DNA of 64,000 nucleotides from an uncultured Clostridia bacterium (GTDB lineage Bacteria; Bacillota; Clostridia; TANB77; CAG-508): NCBI GenBank assembly GCA_963557965.1, contig CAUWEX010000006.1, positions 3 to 64,002 of the forward strand, read 5' to 3'. Shown piece by piece: positions 23,879 to 31,442 of this stretch (position 1 is its first letter; each line of letters starts with the position of its first letter). The notes under the pieces were generated by a model. It saw only the letters and a program-made list of their open reading frames with translations, ran no database searches and was not told where the DNA came from. The position numbers and the translations under genes were made by a program.

Positions 23879-24499
23879 ATGGAGAATATAACAACAATAA
23901 TTATTAGTTTAACAGCATTAGTAACAGCTATAGGAGGACTAGCGGTTGCAATTAAGAAAACAAAAAAAGAAATAGAAGAAACATTGCCACAAAAGATAAA
24001 AAGGCAATGTGATATAGATTTAGAAATAGTAAAAAGAATGGAGCAGATAAAAGAATTTCTAAAAGCCGATAGGGTTCAGATATACGATTTTCACAATGGT
24101 TATCACTATGCCAACGGTAGAAGTGCATTAAAGACAAGCTGTACATATGAAGTTTGTAGAATGGGGTGTAGGGCATATCAAATGTATCTACAAGCTCTAC
24201 CTTTAAATTGCATACCACAATTTATAAAAAGATTGTTGAATGATACTAGATTAAAGATAAACGACTTAGAAGAAATTAAAGAAGAAATGCCAGCAACATA
24301 CTATCTAAAAAAAGACCAAGGAATTAAATCGTTTTATGATGTTATTTTAAATAATAAAAAAGGAGAACCTATTGGATTCTTAGCAATTCAATATGGAGAA
24401 GAAAATAAGGTTAATTTTAATGAAGAAGAAACAAACGAAATACTTAGACTAAAGTTTTTCATAGAGGAAAACCTAGAAAAAATGATATTAAAGAAATAG
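23879..24499 (+). CDS. Membrane-anchored GAF-like domain protein
   Basis: MENITTIIISLTALVTAIGGLAVAI (TM helix), then ...EFLKADRVQIYDFHNG...GEPIGFLAIQYGEE, which resembles a GAF fold. Sits between fibre and holin. Confidence 0.45.
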   Translation: MENITTIIISLTALVTAIGGLAVAIKKTKKEIEETLPQKIKRQCDIDLEIVKRMEQIKEFLKADRVQIYDFHNGYHYANGRSALKTSCTYEVCRMGCRAYQMYLQALPLNCIPQFIKRLLNDTRLKINDLEEIKEEMPATYYLKKDQGIKSFYDVILNNKKGEPIGFLAIQYGEENKVNFNEEETNEILRLKFFIEENLEKMILKK

Positions 24500-24514
24500 A
24501 AGGGAAGTGAGAAC

Positions 24515-24727
24515 ATGAGTAATAAAGTCTATGACATTTTAAAATGGATCACATTAGTGTTTTTACCAGCACTAACGACTTTAGTTGGTGTAATACTAAA
24601 TACTTTTAATGTAAGTTGCACAGATATTGTATTAACAATTATGACAGCAGTTACAACATTTATGGGAGCTATTTTAGGAATATCTAATATTAATTATAAA
24701 AAAGGAGAAGAAATCAATGGACGATAA
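24515..24727 (+). CDS. Holin (phi LC3/SPP1-type, 2 TM)
   Basis: MSNKVYDILKWITLVFLPALTTLVGVILN...TFMGAILGISNINYKK. 70 aa, directly before the endolysin. Confidence 0.75.
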   Translation: MSNKVYDILKWITLVFLPALTTLVGVILNTFNVSCTDIVLTIMTAVTTFMGAILGISNINYKKGEEINGR

Positions 24728-24825
24728 TATTATAGAAGAAACAGTAGAATTTTCAGAAGAATTATATCAAAAAAATATAAAAGAAAATAAATTTGAAATT
24801 GAGTACGAGGCAGGTGAAGAAAATG

Positions 24826-25557
24826 GAGATAATTAATGTAAGATGTCCTGTATCTAAGTATCCAATAAAATGTCCTGATGTAACTAATAAAGATGGAATA
24901 TGCGTACATAACACCGCAAATGACGCAAGCGCAATGGCAGAAGTATCATATATGCTAGGGAATAATAATAAAGTATCTTTCCATGCAGCGGTTGATAATT
25001 ATAGAGTTGTAACAGGGTTGCCGTTTGATAGAAGTTGTTTTGCCGCAGGAGATGGTAGATATGGAAAAGGAAATGCTAACAAGATAAATATCGAAATATG
25101 CTATTCTAAATCAGGAGGAGAAAGATTTGAAGAAGCAGAAGATTTGGCTGCATGCTATATTGCTTATTTATTAAAACAATATGGCTGGGGCATTGAAAGA
25201 GTATATAAACATCAAGATTTCAGTGGAAAATATTGCCCACATAGAACATTGGATTTAGGTTGGGAAAGATTTTTGAATAAAATAAGAGAACAGCTAGGAA
25301 TACAGATTAAACCAGTAGAAAATAATCAAAATTATAGTGGAGGAAGTGATGAACCTGTGAGAAAATATGTGAATGGAAGTACAATTGAAAATATTTATGC
25401 TGATACAGCTTTAACAAAAAAAATAGGATATTTAAGTCCAAGAGAAACTTGCGACTGCTTCGGAATATTTAATAATAGACCAATGGTAAGATATAAAGTT
25501 GACGGAAGTAATAATTACAAGATAGGTTTCGCAAAATGGAAAGGCGGAGTAAAATAA
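24826..25557 (+). CDS. Endolysin: N-acetylmuramoyl-L-alanine amidase (Amidase_2/PGRP) with a C-terminal binding domain
   Basis: ICVHNTANDASA...NIEICYS...YKHQDFSGKYCPHR. The start was chosen at ATG 24826 (MEIINV...). Confidence 0.85.
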   Translation, partial: EIINVRCPVSKYPIKCPDVTNKDGICVHNTANDASAMAEVSYMLGNNNKVSFHAAVDNYRVVTGLPFDRSCFAAGDGRYGKGNANKINIEICYSKSGGERFEEAEDLAACYIAYLLKQYGWGIERVYKHQDFSGKYCPHRTLDLGWERFLNKIREQLGIQIKPVENNQNYSGGSDEPVRKYVNGSTIENIYADTALTKKIGYLSPRETCDCFGIFNNRPMVRYKVDGSNNYKIGFAKWKGGVK

Positions 25558-25563
25558 AAAAAT

Positions 25564-25600
25564 GCTAGATTAGATTAATTTCTAGTCTAGCGCTTTTTTT
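25564..25600 (+). terminator. Strong rho-independent terminator ending the lysis module
   Basis: GCTAGATTAGA-ttaatt-TCTAGTCTAGC followed by GCTTTTTTT. Confidence 0.8.
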
Positions 25601-25764
25601 ATGCCCAAATGCAGTAAAATCAAGGAATGTAAGTATATTACTTAAAAAATAAAGCGCTTTAAAATTGAATGTGAAAGGTCGATTTTCGTTGATATTTCAA
25701 GAAAAAAATAGATACTGTGACAGAATTAAAGTTCAAATTGCGGATAGGAAATATATGGGAAAAC

Positions 25765-25857
25765 TTGACAAAAATGTATTATGGTGTTACAATTTGGTTA
25801 CAAAAACATTAACATTTGTTGACAAATGTTGACATTTTTGATATTTATTTATAAAAT
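25765..25857 (+). promoter_or_regulatory. Two tandem sigma-A-type promoters sharing a palindromic operator
   Basis: TTGACA(25765)-17-TACAAT with an upstream TG. Palindrome AACATTTG-ttga-CAAATGTT (25811-25830). TTGACA(25829)-17-TAAAAT(25852). Confidence 0.45.
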
Positions 25858-25909
25858 GTACTAAAGAAAAAGTGATAAAAATAAAAATTATCATTTATTT
25901 TTTAATAAG

Positions 25910-25938
25910 TTTACATCTATGCATATTTCTTGTATAGT
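25910..25938 (+). promoter_or_regulatory. Sigma-A-type promoter (TTTACA-17-TATAGT)
   Basis: TTTACA 25910-25915, 17-nt spacer ending in TG, TATAGT 25933-25938. Confidence 0.45.
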
Positions 25939-25944
25939 TGCATA

Positions 25945-26085
25945 TATTATAAAAGGTTATTTGAGGATAGAAAGTGGCAGCTATCACGCCAGAGATGGTC
26001 TTAAAAGTAGATGTAGGGTACGCCGTCCTACCAATTAACCAAACTTAAAAAGGAGATACTGCAGTATCTCCTAAATTTTATTTTT
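25945..26085 (+). ncRNA. Candidate ~140-nt orphan transcript (small RNA, or a 24-codon ORF) between promoter and terminator
   Basis: Bounded by the promoter at 25910-25938 and a perfect palindromic terminator at 26051-26072. Has a locally GC-rich core (GTGGCAGCTATCACGCCAGAGATGGTC...GTAGGGTACGCCGTCCTACC). No family recognised. Confidence 0.3.
26051..26072. terminator. Bidirectional terminator
   Basis: AGGAGATACTG/CAGTATCTCCT perfect palindrome flanked by an A-run and a T-run. Abuts the stop of the minus-strand gene. Confidence 0.75.
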
Positions 26086-26496
26086 ATCAAATGGAATTAA
26101 TTTTCCACTTTTTATAGAATTTTTAAGTTTTATTTCTGATAATGGAAATATAGTTCTAAATAATAGATTTCCACTACCTTTTAATATCTGTATGCCAACC
26201 AAAGAAATATCATCTAATTTCTTTACATATTGAATATTTCCATTTTTGTGCAACCCAATATAATCTGGTTCTTTTATTATTATAGGAATAGATTTTACAG
26301 CTTGATTATATGAATTAGGAGTTGAATATTCACTTTTATGTTTTTCGCAATGTTCTTGTATTCTAGTTGACCATATATTAATATTTTGAGGCTTTAAATC
26401 TAAACCTAAAGCATTAATTACATCAGCAGATAATTCTCCTATTTTTATATTTTTACTTTTCCCTTTACTTAATTTATTTATATCTAATTCTTCCAC
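26071..26496 (-). CDS. PBECR-type (phage Barnase/EndoU/ColE5-D/RelE-like) nuclease-fold protein
   Basis: NINIWSTRIQEHCEKHKSEY...IPIIIKEPDYIGLHKNGNIQYVKK...LLFRTIFP matches my memory of standalone PBECR proteins. AAGGAG SD then GTG. Promoter TTGACT-17-TATAAT. Confidence 0.5.
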   Translation of the reverse strand: MEELDINKLSKGKSKNIKIGELSADVINALGLDLKPQNINIWSTRIQEHCEKHKSEYSTPNSYNQAVKSIPIIIKEPDYIGLHKNGNIQYVKKLDDISLVGIQILKGSGNLLFRTIFPLSEIKLKNSIKSGKLIPFDKNKI

Positions 26497-26641
26497 AATA
26501 AAACTCCTTAACCAACTTAAAAAGTATTATATTAAGAAAAACATCTAAAGTCAATATGACAACCTAAAAAATGTAAATTATTCGACAAATTTCTTATGAC
26601 AAAATTAACATAATACTGTATAATAAATATGAGGTGGTATT

Positions 26642-26818
26642 ATGGAAAAAGAATATAAAAAAGCCTTGCAAATGATAAAAATATTAAAAATAAAAAGCAA
26701 AAAACAATATAGCGAAATAACAAAATATTTCCTCTTATTAAACATCCAAAGTTTAAAATACATGTCTGGAACAAAAGATTTTAGGAAAATAGTTAAGATA
26801 GCGGAAGAAGTTCTATGA
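26642..26818 (+). CDS. Small basic hypothetical protein (58 aa)
   Basis: GAGGTGG SD then ATG 26642. Promoter ATGACA-17-TATAAT with TG. MEKEYKKALQMIKILKIKSKKQYSEITKYFLLLNIQSLKYMSGTKDFRKIVKIAEEVL. Confidence 0.4.
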   Translation: MEKEYKKALQMIKILKIKSKKQYSEITKYFLLLNIQSLKYMSGTKDFRKIVKIAEEVL

Positions 26819-26871
26819 CTTTTTTTGTGTATAATTGGGAAAGTAAAAAAACAAACAAGTGTACTAAAAAA

Positions 26872-26918
26872 TTCCCGACTTTTTCCCGACTCAGTTTTGA
26901 ATAACTATAAATAACTAT
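26872..26918. repeat. Two pairs of helically phased direct repeats
   Basis: TTCCCGACT at 26872 and 26883 (11-nt period). ATAACTAT at 26901 and 26911 (10-nt period). Confidence 0.6.
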
Positions 26919-27297
26919 GAATGACTAAAATATAAAAGCGCTGATTTATCAATGGTTTGAGAGAATATCAAAAAATGAAAAAAGACTATTTTTGTTTCAC
27001 ATCTTCGCTACCATAAAAATATTATTGAAAGTAGCTTGTATCTAAAAATATAGGCTACTTCATTTTTATAGACAAAACCAAAAAGATTAAAAAAGTTGAC
27101 AGAAAAAGTTTGCTATGATATTAATAGTAAAGTATTTATTTATATCAAAAAATTTTTATTCTAAAAAATTTCCAAAAAGAGAGAAAACAAAAGAAAAAAG
27201 TAGATAATAGGGCAAAAGAGTAATAAAATCTAACAATTTACCACTAAATAAAAGTTGAGTTAAAGATTAAAAAATATTAAAATAAAGGAGTGATGCA

Positions 27298-28353
27298 ATG
27301 CAAAAAATAACTTTTAAAGAATTTATAAATTCTTACATTAATAGTCAAGAAGCAAGAGAAAATTACCAAAATTTTTTATTAGCACAAGAGGGTGATATAC
27401 ATCAAGAACATGATAAAATTATAAAAAGAATATTAAGAAAAAAAGAAGAAGCAGTAAGATTAATAAATGAAACTATAAAGCCAGCTAAATTATATAATTC
27501 TAAGGAATTAGAATTATATAATGGAGAATTTATAACTAAGTATTTCGAATTAAGAGATGCAGATATGGTATATAAATTAAAGAACAAGGAAATATATTTT
27601 TTAATTGAACATCAAAGCAGAATAGACTATTCGATGCCATATAGAATATTTAAGTACAAAACAGAAATACTGGAAAATTGTATTGATAAAAAGGCTTTAA
27701 ATAACAAGAAATATGTTTTACCACTTATTGTAGCTATTGTGTTATATACAGGGCAGTACAAGTGGAAAGTAAATCAAAAAATGGAAGATAGAATAGAAAA
27801 GTTAGAAACAATATTAATTAACAAACCAATATGGCTTGATAGTTTTTATGCATTGGTAGATATAAATAATTATACTAAAGAAATGCTTTTACAAGGAGAT
27901 AATTTGTTGGAAAAGATTATGTTAATAGAAAAATCAAGAACCCCAGATGAATTAATGATAAATTCTCGATTGGTAATATTAAAGCTAAAAGAGGAAGAAA
28001 AATTAGGTAAGACCAATGGAGAAAACAAAAAGGAAATAGAAAGATATATAAAACAAGTGGTTTCTAAAAAAATTGGATCAAAAGAAACAGAAAAAATATT
28101 AAGAGAATTAAAGAGAGGAAGTGAAGAGAAAATGGGAATGGCAGTATTTGATATGTTAGACAGAGAGTATGAAAAAATGAGAAGAGAAGGTATGGCGGCA
28201 GGAATAAAGGAAGGTATAGAGGAAGGAATAAAAGAAGGACGAAAAGAAGGACGAAAAGAAGTAGCCAAAAAGTTAATGGAAATGGATTTGACTTTAGAGC
28301 AAATTATAAAGGCAACCGGATTAACAGAACGAGAACTAAAAGAGATGAAATAA
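27298..28353 (+). CDS. Rpn family (YhgA-like, PD-(D/E)xK) recombination-promoting nuclease / putative transposase
   Basis: DMVYKLKNKEIYFLIEHQSRIDYSMPYRIFKY core. C-terminal GIKEGIEEGIKEGRKEGRKE repeats plus LTLEQIIKATGLTEREL tail. Confidence 0.8.
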   Translation: MQKITFKEFINSYINSQEARENYQNFLLAQEGDIHQEHDKIIKRILRKKEEAVRLINETIKPAKLYNSKELELYNGEFITKYFELRDADMVYKLKNKEIYFLIEHQSRIDYSMPYRIFKYKTEILENCIDKKALNNKKYVLPLIVAIVLYTGQYKWKVNQKMEDRIEKLETILINKPIWLDSFYALVDINNYTKEMLLQGDNLLEKIMLIEKSRTPDELMINSRLVILKLKEEEKLGKTNGENKKEIERYIKQVVSKKIGSKETEKILRELKRGSEEKMGMAVFDMLDREYEKMRREGMAAGIKEGIEEGIKEGRKEGRKEVAKKLMEMDLTLEQIIKATGLTERELKEMK

Positions 28354-28367
28354 ACAACCATATTTCG

Positions 28368-28399
28368 TAGAGTAAGATTATAACTTACTCTATTTTTTT
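28368..28399 (+). terminator. Rho-independent terminator
   Basis: TAGAGTAAG-attataa-CTTACTCTA followed by TTTTTTT. Confidence 0.75.
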
Positions 28400-28427
28400 A
28401 TGAAACGGGTAAAATCGTTTATGAAAC
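28398..28427 (+). promoter_or_regulatory. Candidate LytTR (AgrA-like) binding site: 9-bp direct repeats with a 12-bp spacer
   Basis: TTATGAAAC (28398-28406), 12 nt, TTATGAAAC (28419-28427). An inverted copy GTTTCATAA lies at 28461-28469. Upstream of agrB. Confidence 0.5.
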
Positions 28428-28531
28428 ACAAAAATATAATTTTCGTATACTAAATTTGGGGTTTCATAAAAGAAAACAACACAAAATAAAAAAACATGAT
28501 ATCATAATTATGGACGTACAGGGGAGGAAAA

Positions 28532-29149
28532 ATGTTAGATAGAATTTGTGAGTTTTTAACAAAGAAAATACAAAAAGAAATGCCAGAAATCAGTGAAGAA
28601 AAAGCAGAAATGATAAATTATGGTTTACAAAACATAATAGGTGAGATACCTAAAATATTCTTAGTATTTTTTATAGCATATATTTTAGGAGTTTTAGAAT
28701 GGGCAATATTTACATTTGTGGCACTTTTTATATATAAAGGAGCTTCAGGTGGAATTCATTTAAAAACACATTTGGGATGTTTTCTGCTAACAACTGCATT
28801 TTATTGCATAATTCCATTAATATCTAAACATTTTGAAATACCAATGTATATTAAAATAATTTTAGCAATTACAATATGGATTTTCGGAATGATAAGTATA
28901 AGATTATATGCACCAGCTGATACAGAGGCTATTCCTATTTTTGAAGAAAATGTAAAAAAGAAAAAGAGAGTAGTTTCTTATATTAGCTTTTCAATAGGAA
29001 TTTTAACAGCAGTAATCATCCCAAATCAAACAGCGTCTAATATATTGTTATTAGCTAATTTTATACAAACTGTAACAATTACTGATTTTGCATACAAAAT
29101 GACAAAAAGTAAACATGGATATGAAGTTTATGAGGAATTGTATGATTAA
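28532..29149 (+). CDS. agrB: AgrB, accessory gene regulator B (AgrD-processing membrane peptidase)
   Basis: 205 aa, polytopic. ...YKGASGGIHLKTHLGCFL motif. Followed by an agrD-like peptide gene. Confidence 0.85.
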   Translation: MLDRICEFLTKKIQKEMPEISEEKAEMINYGLQNIIGEIPKIFLVFFIAYILGVLEWAIFTFVALFIYKGASGGIHLKTHLGCFLLTTAFYCIIPLISKHFEIPMYIKIILAITIWIFGMISIRLYAPADTEAIPIFEENVKKKKRVVSYISFSIGILTAVIIPNQTASNILLLANFIQTVTITDFAYKMTKSKHGYEVYEELYD

Positions 29150-29207
29150 ACTATCGATATAATATACATAATGTATTTTATATAATTATACTAAGGAGGG
29201 GATTTAT

Positions 29208-29327
29208 ATGTTAAAATTCTTAGCAAAAACAGCAGAAAAATATGCAAAAGCAACTAATACTGCATGTGCATTATATGCAATATTTCATCAACCTAAAATG
29301 CCAAAAAGCATGATGAAAAAAGATTAA
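29208..29327 (+). CDS. agrD: AgrD-like autoinducing peptide precursor (39 aa)
   Basis: AAGGAGGGG SD then ATG 29208. MLKFLAKTAEKYAKATNTACALYAIFHQPKMPKSMMKKD: amphipathic N-terminus, single Cys, PKMP recognition tail. Below the ORF-track cutoff. Confidence 0.65.
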   Translation: MLKFLAKTAEKYAKATNTACALYAIFHQPKMPKSMMKKD

Positions 29328-29363
29328 GGTTAAAATAACTTAAAAGTTATTTTTATACAATCC

Positions 29364-29401
29364 AAAAAAAGAAAGTAGAAATAAAACTACTTTCTTTTTT
29401 A
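29364..29401. terminator. Bidirectional terminator between the convergent agrBD and kinase genes
   Basis: AAAAAAAGAAAGTAG-aaataaaa-CTACTTTCTTTTTT. Confidence 0.75.
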
Positions 29402-30745
29402 ATAATATATTTCTAACTGTTGAGAAAATAAATCATCTCTTATTGAAGTGTATAAATTAATATTATTGTGTTTATTCAAAATTTTTCTAACTGTCCATAA
29501 TCCAAGGCCTGTATGATTAGGCTTTGAAGTTGAACCTTTTTCATAAATCTTTTCTGTATCAATATTTTCATCGCTAAATGTATTTTCTACAATAATTAGT
29601 TGTCTTGAATGTTTAGAATCATTTCTAAAAGTTAAATTGATAATTTTTTCGGAACTTAAACTACTTGCTTCAATAGCATTATCCAATAAAATTCCTAGAA
29701 TTCTCGCAAATTCGTATATAGGCATATGTAATGTTTGCAAATCTAGCAAGAAAGATAAATTCATTCTTATATTTTTAGAATCAGCTTCTTGGTATTTTTT
29801 AGTTACTAAATTGAAAATGCCATCATTATTTACAACAGAAGGGTTCAATAGATATAAGTTATTGACGTTTTGGCAGTCAGCTTGAAGTTGTTTATAATAT
29901 TTTTTTAGACCATCTATGTCGTTAGTCATAATGAATCCACCAATAGTAGTAATAGTATTATCGAAATCATGCTTAAAAGATCTAACACTATCATGCAAAA
30001 CACGCAAACTATTGTTATAAGCTTCGGCACTTTCTAACTTTTTAGTTGTAGAAATCAATTTCAATATTCTTGTTAAACTATAGAAACTAAGGCCAAAATA
30101 TATAAGTAGTGAAATAAAACTTAGTAATGTAATAACAATTGGCAACATATCTACATAATAGAACAAGGTTATAGACTGTACAATTATAGCAAATATACCA
30201 AAGCATAAATTAGATATAATAATAATTTTATTCTTTTTATCAATATTTTCAGTAATTTTTAAAACATAATCTTTGTATCTAATAATCAATATAATTATTA
30301 CCGTAATCATGTAAATGAGAAACATATACATGGTACGATACATAGGTATTGTTCTTAAGTTTTCGGAAGTAATTTTGAACAATGCTAAAAAAGGGTTAAG
30401 CAATAGCATACCAATTAAATTGAAAATGACTAAAGATACCACTATTGATATTGATAATTTTAGAACGCTTTTTCTAAATATGAGAGCTGAAGTAACAAAA
30501 GGAAAAATGTAATTAATAAAAATATTAAAAGGTGCAGGGACTAACCACATAGCTAATAATCCCAAGCATGAATTTACTAAGATATATGTTAATGTTTGCT
30601 TCCATGTTGGTTTGATTTTCGACAAAGATGTAAATAGTAATAAAATCATAAAAGCTTCCATAAAAACACATATTAACAGTATTATATTTACAATTTCTTG
30701 GTTAGGCGTACTAATTGCTAACCATATATTATTTAAAATTTCCAT
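29399..30745 (-). CDS. AgrC-like sensor histidine kinase (multi-TM sensor plus GHKL ATPase)
   Basis: About 6-7 N-terminal TM helices. FKHDFDNTI (H-box-like). C-terminal ...NHTGLGLWTVRKIL (G-box). Confidence 0.8.
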   Translation of the reverse strand: MEILNNIWLAISTPNQEIVNIILLICVFMEAFMILLLFTSLSKIKPTWKQTLTYILVNSCLGLLAMWLVPAPFNIFINYIFPFVTSALIFRKSVLKLSISIVVSLVIFNLIGMLLLNPFLALFKITSENLRTIPMYRTMYMFLIYMITVIIILIIRYKDYVLKITENIDKKNKIIIISNLCFGIFAIIVQSITLFYYVDMLPIVITLLSFISLLIYFGLSFYSLTRILKLISTTKKLESAEAYNNSLRVLHDSVRSFKHDFDNTITTIGGFIMTNDIDGLKKYYKQLQADCQNVNNLYLLNPSVVNNDGIFNLVTKKYQEADSKNIRMNLSFLLDLQTLHMPIYEFARILGILLDNAIEASSLSSEKIINLTFRNDSKHSRQLIIVENTFSDENIDTEKIYEKGSTSKPNHTGLGLWTVRKILNKHNNINLYTSIRDDLFSQQLEIYY

Positions 30746-31442
30746 AATTTTTTAAAACCTCCATTATATCTGTTTTATATTTTGGTCCTATCCCACATTG
30801 ACTACCATCTTTAAAAGTAATAGTGTTTGAAACAGGTTCAATATCTTGAATTTGTGCAATATTGGCAATACAAGATTTATGACATCTTTTGTAACTATTA
30901 GGTAATTTGTCTTGAAACTTATTAAATGAACTATAAGTATCATAATCATGATTAGTAGTATGAAAAACTAATTTCATACCATCTCTTTTTATGTATTGTA
31001 TTTCAGCAGCATCTATCATTGTGTTTTTATTATCAATGCAAATATATTGTTTTGGTGTACCATTAACATCGTCAAATAATCTTATGATAGTCTCTTCTAA
31101 TCTATCATAAGTAATAGGTTTTGCTAAATAATCAAAAGTTTTGTATTTATAAGCAACCATTGCATATTCTAAATGACCTGTAGAAAATATGAGATAAGAA
31201 TTTTTATTGAATTTTCGAATAGCTTCAGCTAATTCCAAACCATCTTTATTAGAATTCATATTAATATCCAAAACAATGACATCTACCTTGTGCTCGCTAA
31301 TATATTTTAGCATATTGCTAGTATTATCTGTAGAATATTCTACACTAGCTTCAAAATTATTTTTTGTAAATATATCTTGTAACATTTTAGAAAATTTATC
31401 TAAGATATAAACATTATCGTCGCATAAAGCAAATTTTAACAT
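30729..31442 (-). CDS. AgrA-like response regulator (receiver plus LytTR DNA-binding domain)
   Basis: MLKFALCDDN...VDVIVLDINM receiver. C-terminal LytTR-like ...IQYIKRDGMKLVFHTTNHDY...CHKSCIANI. Overlaps the kinase gene by 17 nt. Confidence 0.85.
   Translation of the reverse strand: MLKFALCDDNVYILDKFSKMLQDIFTKNNFEASVEYSTDNTSNMLKYISEHKVDVIVLDINMNSNKDGLELAEAIRKFNKNSYLIFSTGHLEYAMVAYKYKTFDYLAKPITYDRLEETIIRLFDDVNGTPKQYICIDNKNTMIDAAEIQYIKRDGMKLVFHTTNHDYDTYSSFNKFQDKLPNSYKRCHKSCIANIAQIQDIEPVSNTITFKDGSQCGIGPKYKTDIMEVLKNYGNFK

Larger units (their letters stand above)
1..25604 (+). mobile_element. Partial prophage: late/structural and lysis region of an SPP1-like siphovirus. Left end is outside the window; cargo may extend to ~28.4 kb.
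   Basis: Near-uninterrupted + strand order: late activator, terS, terL, portal, MuF, scaffold, capsid, connectors, major tail, G/T, TMP, tail tip, fibre, holin, amidase. Strong terminator at 25564-25600. No integrase or att site visible in the window. Confidence 0.85.

Noticed and set aside
24717-24836. A 39-aa very acidic ORF bridging the holin stop and the endolysin start
   Set aside because: It has no convincing SD, overlaps both neighbours, and its composition is consistent with chance in a purine-rich spacer. This is not enough support to call it a gene.
25961-26046. The GC-rich patch as a tRNA/tmRNA fragment marking attB
   Set aside because: I tried to fold a cloverleaf or a tRNA 3' half. 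There is no GTTCRANNC T-loop, no acceptor/CCA arrangement, and only a 5-bp GTAGG/CCTAC stem. It was kept only as an unclassified candidate RNA.
27870-28361. A 163-aa minus-strand ORF with a PSF(R/I)PS repeat
   Set aside because: It is the reverse complement of the GIKEG/RKEG repeat region of the Rpn gene. The repeat is a mirror artefact.
28532-31442. The agr locus as a candidate novel system
   Set aside because: All four components (AgrB, AgrD-like peptide, AgrC-like kinase, LytTR regulator) are canonical. Only the convergent layout and the peptide sequence are noteworthy.
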